Positions 36,367 through 43,705 of a stretch of 43,705 bases of DNA are shown here, piece by piece. Below the pieces are notes generated by a model. The model had not been told where the DNA came from and ran no database searches. It worked only from the letters and a program-made list of their open reading frames with translations. Numbering within the stretch: the first letter of the stretch is position 1; each line of letters opens with the position of its first letter. This DNA is from Candidatus Limnocylindria bacterium. Its GTDB lineage: Bacteria > Chloroflexota > Limnocylindria > P2-11E. The stretch spans positions 1-43,705 of the forward strand of contig JBBPYG010000104.1 in assembly GCA_038200085.1 (NCBI GenBank). Direction: 5' to 3'. The translations under genes were made by a program, and so were the position numbers.

Positions 36367-38130
36367 GTGAGGGCGCTCCGCCCCATCTTCCTCATGCTCG
36401 CTCTCGCGTCGTCCTGTTCTTCGCCCGCCCCCCGCGTCGCGCCCACCGAAGACGTTCCAGAGGCTCCCCGCCTGGCCCACGATGCCGGCGCGATCCTGCT
36501 CCAGCTCTCCGCGTACGACTACGCGCTGGCCGGGGCGCTCGCGCACGAGAGGGAGCGCACGGTCGCGCCCGAGAGGTACGCGGTCATCGCGCACGCGGCG
36601 GCCAGGGCGATCGCGGACGTGGCGGCGAAGGCGGTCGGCGCCACCGCGCCGGCGAAGGGCGCGCGGCGCGATCGCGTCGTCGGCCTCGCCGATGCGTTGA
36701 CCGACCTCGCCAAAGACGTCGTGACGTACGCGGATGGTGGAGACCCGGCGTCGTTCGCGACCGCGGTCAGCGACGTGCGCAGCTGCTGGGCCCGCCTTCG
36801 CGCGCTCGCCCAGGTGCTGCCCGCGGACGACGCGCTGGCGCGCACCATCGAGCGGGGCACCTCGTTCCTCGTCGGTGCGGAGCCGAGCGCCGCGTTCGCC
36901 CTCACAGTCGGCCCTTTCGCCACCGCGACCGACGCCGCCGACGCCGCGCGCCGCATCGGTCAGACCGAGTCCGTCAGCACGGCGCCCCCCTTCATCGTCC
37001 GCATCGGCACGTTCGGGGATCGGATCTCCGCGGACGCGGCCGCCGGCGCCGCGGCCGCGAAGGGCTTCAGCGTCTCCCTCGTGAGCGAGGAGGCCCGCTA
37101 CACCTTCTCACGCGGCGGCCCATCGCCCGACGCTGAGCTGTGGCGCGAGCCCGCGCAGGCGATCGACACCCCCGCTGGGACGCGCCGCGTCGCGCTGTCG
37201 CCCGACGGGAATTGGCTGGCGACCGGCGCCGACGACGGCACCGTCGCGATCTTCTCGACCGGAGGCGCGCTCCGCGCCCTCCCGAAATTCAACGCCGGCG
37301 TGTCCCAGGTCGTGTTCGCTGACGACGGAAGCAGCGTGCTCGTCGGCGGCCAGACGATCGTCGCGCTCGCGGTGCCCTCAGGGGCGACCCTCGGCGCGAC
37401 CGCGCGTCTCACCTCGGCGGCCGGCACCAGCGTGTTCGTGAATGGCGCGCGCGCCTTCGCGGTCGCGGCGCCGGGGCCGGAGACAGGTGGCCCCGGGACG
37501 ATCGCCGGACGCGCGCCCGATGGCGCCCCGTTGGCCCTGCCCTTCCCCCTCGTCACCCCGCCGAGCGGCGCCGCGCTCGCCGCGAGCGGCGCCGGCGAGC
37601 TCCTGATCGCGACGGCGGGCGGCAACGGCACGGACGTCGAGGCGCTCAGGGTGGGGCAGGAGCGCTATCCGCGCGGCGTGCTGCACGCTGCCGGCCGCTT
37701 CGCATCTGTGGCCGTGGACGCCGCTGGCGCGGCCGCGGCGCTCGTGACGGACCAGGGGACGTTCCGCTTCGGGCCCCGCGAACCGGATCCCGCGAAGAGC
37801 ATGGTCCGAGTCGCGGGACCCGCGCGGGCCGTGGCCTTCGGACGGTCGGGCGTGATGTACGTGATGGAGGCGAACCGGGTCAGCGCGGTCGATCCGGCGG
37901 GGGCGACGCTGTGGTCGGCGCGACTGGTCGACGGACGGCGGATGGTCGTCGCGTCACGGCTGCTCGTCGTGGACGGCCCCGACCGGTTGCTCGCTTTCAG
38001 CCCGGACGGCTCCATCTCCGACGATCTGGGCGCCACCGGCCAGATCCAGGACGTCAGCGCGAGCGCCGACGGCAAGCGGATCGCCGTCGCTGTGGATCAG
38101 CGGCGGGTGCTGCTCTTCACGCTGCCCTGA
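36367..38130 (+). CDS. Lipoprotein with SPOR-like segments and a WD40-like beta-propeller
   Basis: Lipobox-like LASSC; VALSPDGNWLATGADDGTVAIF; VSASADGKRIAV; FIVRIGTFGDR. Confidence 0.75.
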   Translation: MRALRPIFLMLALASSCSSPAPRVAPTEDVPEAPRLAHDAGAILLQLSAYDYALAGALAHERERTVAPERYAVIAHAAARAIADVAAKAVGATAPAKGARRDRVVGLADALTDLAKDVVTYADGGDPASFATAVSDVRSCWARLRALAQVLPADDALARTIERGTSFLVGAEPSAAFALTVGPFATATDAADAARRIGQTESVSTAPPFIVRIGTFGDRISADAAAGAAAAKGFSVSLVSEEARYTFSRGGPSPDAELWREPAQAIDTPAGTRRVALSPDGNWLATGADDGTVAIFSTGGALRALPKFNAGVSQVVFADDGSSVLVGGQTIVALAVPSGATLGATARLTSAAGTSVFVNGARAFAVAAPGPETGGPGTIAGRAPDGAPLALPFPLVTPPSGAALAASGAGELLIATAGGNGTDVEALRVGQERYPRGVLHAAGRFASVAVDAAGAAAALVTDQGTFRFGPREPDPAKSMVRVAGPARAVAFGRSGVMYVMEANRVSAVDPAGATLWSARLVDGRRMVVASRLLVVDGPDRLLAFSPDGSISDDLGATGQIQDVSASADGKRIAVAVDQRRVLLFTLP

Positions 38131-39049
38131 TCAATCGGTGGCCAGTGTTTCCCTCGGCCCACTTGAGCACGCGGAGGGCGGCGAGCGTGATCCACCGGCT
38201 CGGCTGGCCCTCGCGCTCGCCGAGATCCACGAGCAGCTCGTCGTGGTGCGCCTGCTCGAGCGACCAACGACCTTCGGCATCCCGCTTGGACTCCACCAGC
38301 GCGACCGCCTCGGCGACCCGGTCATCCGCCGGAACGCCGGCGCTGCGCAGGTGGTCGAGCCCCCGCAGGACGTCGTAATGCCAGCCGGTCGGGAAGGAGA
38401 AGCGGAGCCAGTCGGAGACTGGCGGCTCGCCTGTCGTGAGGCGACGGAAGAGGCGGCGTTCGAGGAGGTACTCCTGCCCGCGGACCCGGGCGGCGGTCAC
38501 CTCCGCCGGGGCACCGTTGGCCCGCTCGTACGCGAGCAGGCCCTCAAGGACGTTGATCGTCGTGTCGAAAGATCCGCGCGTCGAGCCCCGCTCCTGCTCG
38601 CAGTTCCAGCCGCCGTCGGCCATCTGCTCGCTGAGGAGTCGGTCGACGATGCCGCGGACGTCGGGCCCGAAGTAGGCGCCGACCGCGACAGCCTGCCCGT
38701 TGATGCACGGCTCGACCTCGCCGTCGAAGTACGCCTCGCCCTCGTGCTCCCATCTGCTGTTGGCCTGGACGAGATCCAGGGCGTGGCGCGCCTCCGCGGT
38801 CGCCGGATCGAGGCCGAAGTGGCGCAGCAGCTGGAGCGTGGGCGTCGTCGACGTCCACTCAGGGAAATACGCCCCGCCGCGCCACTTGCCGTCGGCGCCC
38901 TGGAGGCTCAGCAGCCGGGCACCCCACCCTTCGTGGGTGACGCGCGCCCGCTCCGCCGCAACGTCCTCGGCGGACGCACCGGTCAGGTCGCGGAGGACCT
39001 GCCAGCGGATGGACGGATCGGATTCGAGGAGCCAGTCGATCACGGTCAT
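38117..39049 (-). CDS. Conserved hypothetical protein with a prenyltransferase/squalene-cyclase-like repeat fold
   Basis: IDWLLESDPSIRWQV, QGADGKW, EQMADGGWNC, SRWITL.ALRVL (QW-like motifs). Confidence 0.8.
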   Translation of the reverse strand: MTVIDWLLESDPSIRWQVLRDLTGASAEDVAAERARVTHEGWGARLLSLQGADGKWRGGAYFPEWTSTTPTLQLLRHFGLDPATAEARHALDLVQANSRWEHEGEAYFDGEVEPCINGQAVAVGAYFGPDVRGIVDRLLSEQMADGGWNCEQERGSTRGSFDTTINVLEGLLAYERANGAPAEVTAARVRGQEYLLERRLFRRLTTGEPPVSDWLRFSFPTGWHYDVLRGLDHLRSAGVPADDRVAEAVALVESKRDAEGRWSLEQAHHDELLVDLGEREGQPSRWITLAALRVLKWAEGNTGHRLIRAA

Positions 39050-39266
39050 GCCGTCATGGTGCATAAAAAGGAGGTGAGCGCTGCGGTGGGGCGTGCCCCG
39101 GGACCGAGAGACGCTGACCTGACGCCGACCGGGGTCGGGGGTCGGACACGAGCGCCCCACGGCCGTTCGCCCGGCGCCGGCCTTCGATCGGCGGAGGCCG
39201 TGAGGCGGCTCACGCGTTCGCCAGCCCGGCAGCCATGGGGCCTATCGTGGCCTCGCCGACCGCAAT

Positions 39267-39293
39267 GGAACAGGGAAGGCACCAGACTATGTT
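39267..39293 (+). promoter_or_regulatory. Putative SigR/SigH-type ECF promoter of trxA
   Basis: GGAAC-N19-GTT upstream of the thioredoxin gene. Confidence 0.55.
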
Positions 39294-39337
39294 CAACTGG
39301 TGACATCCCGAAATGAATGCAAGGAGCGAATGAACAC

Positions 39338-39670
39338 ATGGGTAAGCCAACCCCGACCAGCGACGCGACGTTCGAGCAGGACGTCCTGAAGGCCGACAAG
39401 CCGGTCCTCGTGGACTTCTGGGCGACCTGGTGCGGGCCGTGCCGCATGGTGGCCCCGGTCCTCGAGGAGATCGCCTCCGAGTCCGAGACGCTGAAGATCG
39501 CCAAGCTCGACGTCGACGCCAACCCGATCACGGCCGGACGGTTCGGCGTGCGCGCCATCCCGACCATGATCCTGTTCAAGGACGGCAAGGAAGCGCAGCG
39601 CCTCGTGGGCTACATGCCCAAGGAGCGGCTCCTCCAGCAGATCGCGCAGCACACCCACAAGGCCGCCTGA
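39338..39670 (+). CDS. trxA: Thioredoxin
   Basis: [16 protein letters not shown]; RBS AAGGAG. Confidence 0.96.
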   Translation: MGKPTPTSDATFEQDVLKADKPVLVDFWATWCGPCRMVAPVLEEIASESETLKIAKLDVDANPITAGRFGVRAIPTMILFKDGKEAQRLVGYMPKERLLQQIAQHTHKAA

Positions 39671-39689
39671 CCCGAAACGCGGTGAGGGC

Positions 39690-39945
39690 CACCTGCCCTC
39701 GCCGCGAGCAGCGTCCCGCTCGTGCTCGGCGCTTTGCGCGCGATCGCGCGCCCGCACGCCTGCAGGATCTCCTGCGGGCTGCGCCCTTCCAGTCCTGGGA
39801 GGATCTCGATGACGGCGGCCGCGGCGAGCGTCAAGGTCACGCCGAGATCGCCGTCGCCCGCCGCGCTGTCGAGCCGGTTGTGGTCGTCGGCCCTGCCGCG
39901 GATCTCCGCTGCGACCCGCTCGATCGCCTGGAGTTGCGGGTTCAT
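39690..39945 (-). pseudogene. Truncated dihydroxyacetone kinase DhaL-type fragment
   Basis: LDSAAGDGDLGVT and APSTSGTL, after which the similarity ends. Confidence 0.75.
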
Positions 39946-40002
39946 CGCCGTACGAAGAACGGGGACTCGGCTGGCGCGTCGAGCGGGCCCGCCAGCTCGT
40001 CA

Positions 40003-40185
40003 TCCGTGCCTCAGCGAGCTCCGCTGCGAGCGAGAAGTTCATGATGTCGCCGCCGTAGTTGCCGTAGAGCTGGAGGATCCGCGGCCGCCGTCGATCGCGC
40101 GCACTGTGGCGAGCATGTCCTCCGCGCTGGGCGAGGCGAAGAAGTTGCCGATCGCCGCGCCGTCGACCAGCCCGCGCTGGGACCG
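40003..40185 (-). pseudogene. Frameshifted dihydroxyacetone kinase DhaK-type fragment
   Basis: GLVDGAAIGNFFASPS..RAIDGGRG, then a frame change to ILQLYGNYGGDIMNF.LAAE. Confidence 0.78.
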
Positions 40186-40261
40186 GGACCGGACCCGCCC
40201 TCCGCGGTCGCACGCATCACCCGTCCATGAGCCGTGCGGGCGACGGCCTCATCATCGAATC

Positions 40262-41398
40262 GTGGGATTCCGTTTCTTCCGCCGCATGCGTGTCCTACCG
40301 GGCGTGAGCGTCAACCTCAGCAAGTCCGGCGCTTCTGTCTCGTTCGGCGTTCGCGGCGCGCACTACACGGTCGGTCCGCGCGGGCGCCGCGTCACCGTCG
40401 GCCTGCCGGGGACCGGCATGTACTACACCGCGCACGAGGGTGCCGCGCCGCGCTCGTCGCGCCGGGCGAAGGGCGTCGCGGGGGCACCCCGCGCGGCCTG
40501 GGACTCAGGCTCGAGCAGCGCGCTCGCGGCGTCCGCTCCCGTCGCGCCCGCGGTCGCGCTTGGGGACCGGCCGCGGCTCGGATTCCTCCGCTCGCTGATC
40601 GTCGCGCCGGCGGAGCGAGAACTGGTGGCGGGGCTGCGCGCCTTCGCGTCGGAGGACCGCGACGCCGCTCTGCCGCACCTTCGCGCGGCGATCGCACTTC
40701 CCGACGCGGCGTTCATGGCCGGCATGATCCTCATCAGCCGCGACGCGCTCGACGAAGCGCGCACAGACCTCGAAAGCGCGCTCGCGAACGAGAGCGCGCT
40801 CGGGTCGATGGCCGTCAAATACAACGCCGAGGTCAGCTTCAACCTCGCCATCACGCCCGACCTGACGACGCACCTTCCGATGACGGGCGATGGGATCCGC
40901 CTTGCGCTGGCCGAGATCGCGCAACGACAGGGCCGCGCCGGCGATGCGCTGGCCATGTTGCGCGGCCTTCACGCACGCCTTCCGGACGACGTGATCGTCG
41001 CGCTCTCACTGGTGGAGGCGCTCTTCGACGCGCAGCCGGGTGATCCAGCCGCCTTGAATGAGATCGTGCGGCTCACCGCGGCTACGACCAACCTCAGCCC
41101 CGTCCACGCGGCGGCGCTGCTGTATCGCGCACGTGCCCTTCGGCTGCTTGGCCTCCCAGACGCCTCAGCCGCCACGTTGACGGCGACGCTCAAACTAAAG
41201 CAGGACCGCGACGCGGACCTCATGAAGGCGCTCCGCTACGAGCGGGCGCTGGCGCTCGACGCGGCAGGACAGCACGCACGCGCGCGCCGCGAGCTCGAGA
41301 AGCTGTATTCGGAGGATCCGGCTTACGAGGACATCGCCTCGCGACTCGGCCTCACCGGTGCCGACCCACGCGACGGCTTGGTCTCGGGAGCAAGGTGA
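40262..41398 (+). CDS. DUF4236-like N-terminal domain protein with C-terminal TPRs
   Basis: MGFRFFRR..VLPGV.VNLSKSG.SVSFG..GLPGTGMYY; TPR-like LRYERA..A...LEKLYSEDPAYEDI. Confidence 0.85.
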   Translation: MGFRFFRRMRVLPGVSVNLSKSGASVSFGVRGAHYTVGPRGRRVTVGLPGTGMYYTAHEGAAPRSSRRAKGVAGAPRAAWDSGSSSALAASAPVAPAVALGDRPRLGFLRSLIVAPAERELVAGLRAFASEDRDAALPHLRAAIALPDAAFMAGMILISRDALDEARTDLESALANESALGSMAVKYNAEVSFNLAITPDLTTHLPMTGDGIRLALAEIAQRQGRAGDALAMLRGLHARLPDDVIVALSLVEALFDAQPGDPAALNEIVRLTAATTNLSPVHAAALLYRARALRLLGLPDASAATLTATLKLKQDRDADLMKALRYERALALDAAGQHARARRELEKLYSEDPAYEDIASRLGLTGADPRDGLVSGAR

Positions 41399-41704
41399 CA
41401 CGCCTGTCGCGTCCACTTCGCGCCATCGTGGCCACCATCCTGGTCGGCGCGACAGCCTGCGCAGGCGCTGCTGGCGGCGACCGTGAGCCGCCTGTGGGCA
41501 CCCCCGCCAGGCGCCGAGGTCTCGCGCGTGGACCTTGTGTATAAGTTGGTCGCGGGCGCGACGTCGTGACCGTCGTCGACCCATCCTCAGAACGAGCCAC
41601 CGCGCTTCCGGCGCGCGCTCCGGACGGCAGCTTCGTGATCGCATTGTTCGTTCGGTAGCCGACTCCCGAGCCCGTACACTGGGCCTTCGTTCGGCGATCC
41701 CCAT

Positions 41705-41798
41705 GAGAGTGCATCTGGCCCGGTGGCTGGCGCGGTCTTCAAAACCGTTGACGGGGCGTAGCACGCTCCGTGGTGGGTCCGACTCCCATGCACTCTCG
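41705..41798 (+). tRNA. selC: tRNA-Sec (anticodon TCA)
   Basis: 8-bp acceptor stem GAGAGTGC/GCACTCTC, 6-bp D-stem with 4-nt loop, anticodon loop CTTCAAA (TCA at 41739-41741), 9-bp variable arm, 5-bp T-stem, G discriminator. Confidence 0.92.
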
Positions 41799-41835
41799 CA
41801 GTGAGACCGCATGAGCGGCGGCCCGCGCGCTCCGG

Positions 41836-43272
41836 GTGGCGCACACACGCGGGCAGCCGCAGGCTCCGCCGATCAGCTCGGATCAAGGTTCGCCCTGCAC
41901 TTGGCGAGGTGTCGCCATAGCCCGCGCCGAGGCCGCACCGCCGGCCATCGATCCCGCCGCGCCCACGGAGCCGCGTCGCACATCCGCGCTTGCGGCTCTT
42001 CGTTACCGCGAGTACCGGCTCTTCTGGTTCGGCATGCTGGTGTCGAACACCGGAACCTGGATGCAGATGTTCGGCCAAGGCTACCTGGTGGTACAGCTCG
42101 CGATCCGCGACGGCGTGCCGCAGCTCGCGCCGCTGTACCTCGGGTTGGTCGGCCTCGCGCGGGCGGTCCCAGGGCTGACGCTGGGCCTGTTCGGCGGTGC
42201 CGTCGCGGACCGCGCCGACCGCCGGCGCCTCCTGATGGTGACGCAGACCTCGGCCGCGGCGACCGCTGGGATCCTCGCGTCGCTCACGATCGCGGGCCAG
42301 ATCACCATCGTGGAGATCGTGCTCCTCGGCGCGATCAGCTCGATGATCTTCGCCTTCGACGCACCGACTCGTCAGGCGATGGTGCCGCGGCTCGTCCCTG
42401 AACGTGACCTCATGAGCGCCATCGGGCTCAACTCCGCGGCGTTCAACGGCCCGCAGATCTTCGGCCCGGTGATCGGCGGCTTCATCTTCGTGCCGTTCGC
42501 CTCGCCGACAACGGGCGCGGGCGTGCTGTTCGGCGTCAACGCTCTTTCGTACCTGGCTGTCGTCGCGGCGCTGCTCGCGATGGGACCGATCGCGAACGCG
42601 CAGCGGCGGGGCGATCTAAGCGTGCTCGAGTCGATCCGCGAAGGGCTCGGCTACATCCGGCGCGAGCCGGTCCTGCGCTGGGTCGTCATCCTTTCCGCCG
42701 CCGTGGCCCTCCTCGGCCGCCCATATCTCCAACTCCTGCCCGCGGTCGCGCACGACCGCCTGCACGTCGGCGCGGTCGAGCTGTCGTGGCTGCTCGGTGC
42801 GGCCGGGGTCGGCTCGCTCGCGGGAGCGATCGCCACCGCCGCCAGCGGCAACATGCGCCGCCGCGGGTTGCTGCTGGTCGGCGCGGGGATCGTCCTCGGC
42901 CTGCTGCTGGCGATCTTCACCATGCAGCGCGAGCTGCCCGGCGCGCTCGTCGTCCTGGTGCTCTTCGGATTCGTGACGATGCTCTTCATGGGCGTCGTCC
43001 AGACGCTCCTCCAGACGCGCTCGCCTGACCACCTCCGCGGCCGTGTCATGAGCGTGCAGACGATGCTGTTCATGGGGTTCATGCCGCTCGGGACGATGGT
43101 GCTCGGCTCGCTCGGCACCGCCGTCGGCCTCGACCGCGCGCTTCTCGCCGCGGGCATCGTCGTGGCGGCGGTCGCGCTGTTCGCGGCGATCCGCGTCGCG
43201 CCCCTGCGCAACGCCATCGCCGAGCCCGGAGCGCGGCTGCGCGCAAGGGCGACGCCCGCCAGGGCGGGCTAA
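41836..43272 (+). CDS. MFS transporter (H+ antiporter/EntS-like); start uncertain
   Basis: ALRYREYRLFW, VSNTGTWMQ, GAVADRADRRRLL, FDAPTRQA, LRGRVMS. Confidence 0.9.
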   Translation: MAHTRGQPQAPPISSDQGSPCTWRGVAIARAEAAPPAIDPAAPTEPRRTSALAALRYREYRLFWFGMLVSNTGTWMQMFGQGYLVVQLAIRDGVPQLAPLYLGLVGLARAVPGLTLGLFGGAVADRADRRRLLMVTQTSAAATAGILASLTIAGQITIVEIVLLGAISSMIFAFDAPTRQAMVPRLVPERDLMSAIGLNSAAFNGPQIFGPVIGGFIFVPFASPTTGAGVLFGVNALSYLAVVAALLAMGPIANAQRRGDLSVLESIREGLGYIRREPVLRWVVILSAAVALLGRPYLQLLPAVAHDRLHVGAVELSWLLGAAGVGSLAGAIATAASGNMRRRGLLLVGAGIVLGLLLAIFTMQRELPGALVVLVLFGFVTMLFMGVVQTLLQTRSPDHLRGRVMSVQTMLFMGFMPLGTMVLGSLGTAVGLDRALLAAGIVVAAVALFAAIRVAPLRNAIAEPGARLRARATPARAG

Positions 43273-43397
43273 AGGCGCGAGGCTGGCCGTCTGGACGGGT
43301 AAGCTCCCGGGACGTCAGGCCGGCTTGTGCCCGTACGCGCCGTGTCTCGGCCGAGCGTTGTGGCGATGCCGTCAGGCTGAGTGCTGAGTGGTCCGGG

Positions 43398-43628
43398 TCA
43401 GGCTGAGTGCTGGGGCGCGGTACGCATGGCTCCGCGTCGCGGACGAGCGGGCGCGGTCGCCGCGTCTTGGGCCTTCGCCGCCGATGCGGCGTCCTTGTCC
43501 TCGGGTGCGCGCCGGAGCGCGAAGCAGTGCGCGCACACCAGTTCGTCGGAACCGGCGAGGAGGATGTACGCATCGTCCCCGCAGTCGACGCACTGGCCTG
43601 GCGCGATCCGTAGTCGTTCGCGTCTCAC
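43398..43628 (-). CDS. Small putative zinc-ribbon protein (CxxC-x15-CxxC)
   Basis: GTG after RBS AAGGGG; CVDC..CAHC; Ala/Arg-rich tail. Confidence 0.55.
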   Translation of the reverse strand: MRRERLRIAPGQCVDCGDDAYILLAGSDELVCAHCFALRRAPEDKDAASAAKAQDAATAPARPRRGAMRTAPQHSA

Positions 43629-43705
43629 GGCGACCCCCTTGGTGTAATGGGCGCGGCATGCATGAACACGGCCACGCATGCCGGACGGTCATCCCCGACC
43701 TGACG

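Noticed and set aside
39066-39080. AAAGGAGGTGA as the reverse-complemented 3' end of 16S rRNA
   Set aside because: It continues GCG rather than TCC, and the flanking sequence shows no rRNA similarity.
39338-39670. Selenoprotein thioredoxin near tRNA-Sec
   Set aside because: The active site is an ordinary WCGPC with TGC codons. I found no gene in the window whose homology continues through an in-frame TGA.
41705-43705. Integrative element at the selC 3' end
   Set aside because: No integrase and no duplicated tRNA 3' segment were seen in the window.

Overview
A high-GC bacterial chromosomal segment. Several small conserved proteins suggest Chloroflexota; this is an inference. Most of it is housekeeping. 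In order it holds: a peptide ABC importer (SBP plus two permeases), a decayed adenylate-cyclase/STAND NTPase gene, a stand-alone repeat protein with an NHLP/Os1348-like leader, GNAT/MBL/FAD-oxidase/ComB genes, a sugar-nucleotide cluster, a cobalamin riboswitch with btuFCD-like genes, a polysaccharide deacetylase, surE and an AI-2E permease, thrC-thrB, a fatty-acid cluster (birA-degV-accD-accA-accB-like-fabD-accC-fabZ-rocF, then fabF-accB-YHS), an MgtE cytosolic-domain gene with an NRAMP-related transporter, TPR and beta-propeller proteins, trxA, dhaK/dhaL remnants, a tRNA-Sec gene and an MFS transporter. Five observations stand out. (1) The acc operon carries a lysine-free BCCP paralogue that cannot be biotinylated, alongside a canonical accB, which recalls the plant BADC regulators. 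(2) An orphan protein with an NHLP-type leader carries tandem 13-aa cassettes and may be a multicore RiPP precursor. (3) accC and fabZ both appear to need CTG starts. (4) Short tandem duplications recur at gene junctions; one creates a 15-aa ATGA-coupled mini-ORF whose differences from the mgtE tail are all synonymous. (5) Leaderless-type -10 boxes are widespread. All calls come from manual reading; no database searches were run.
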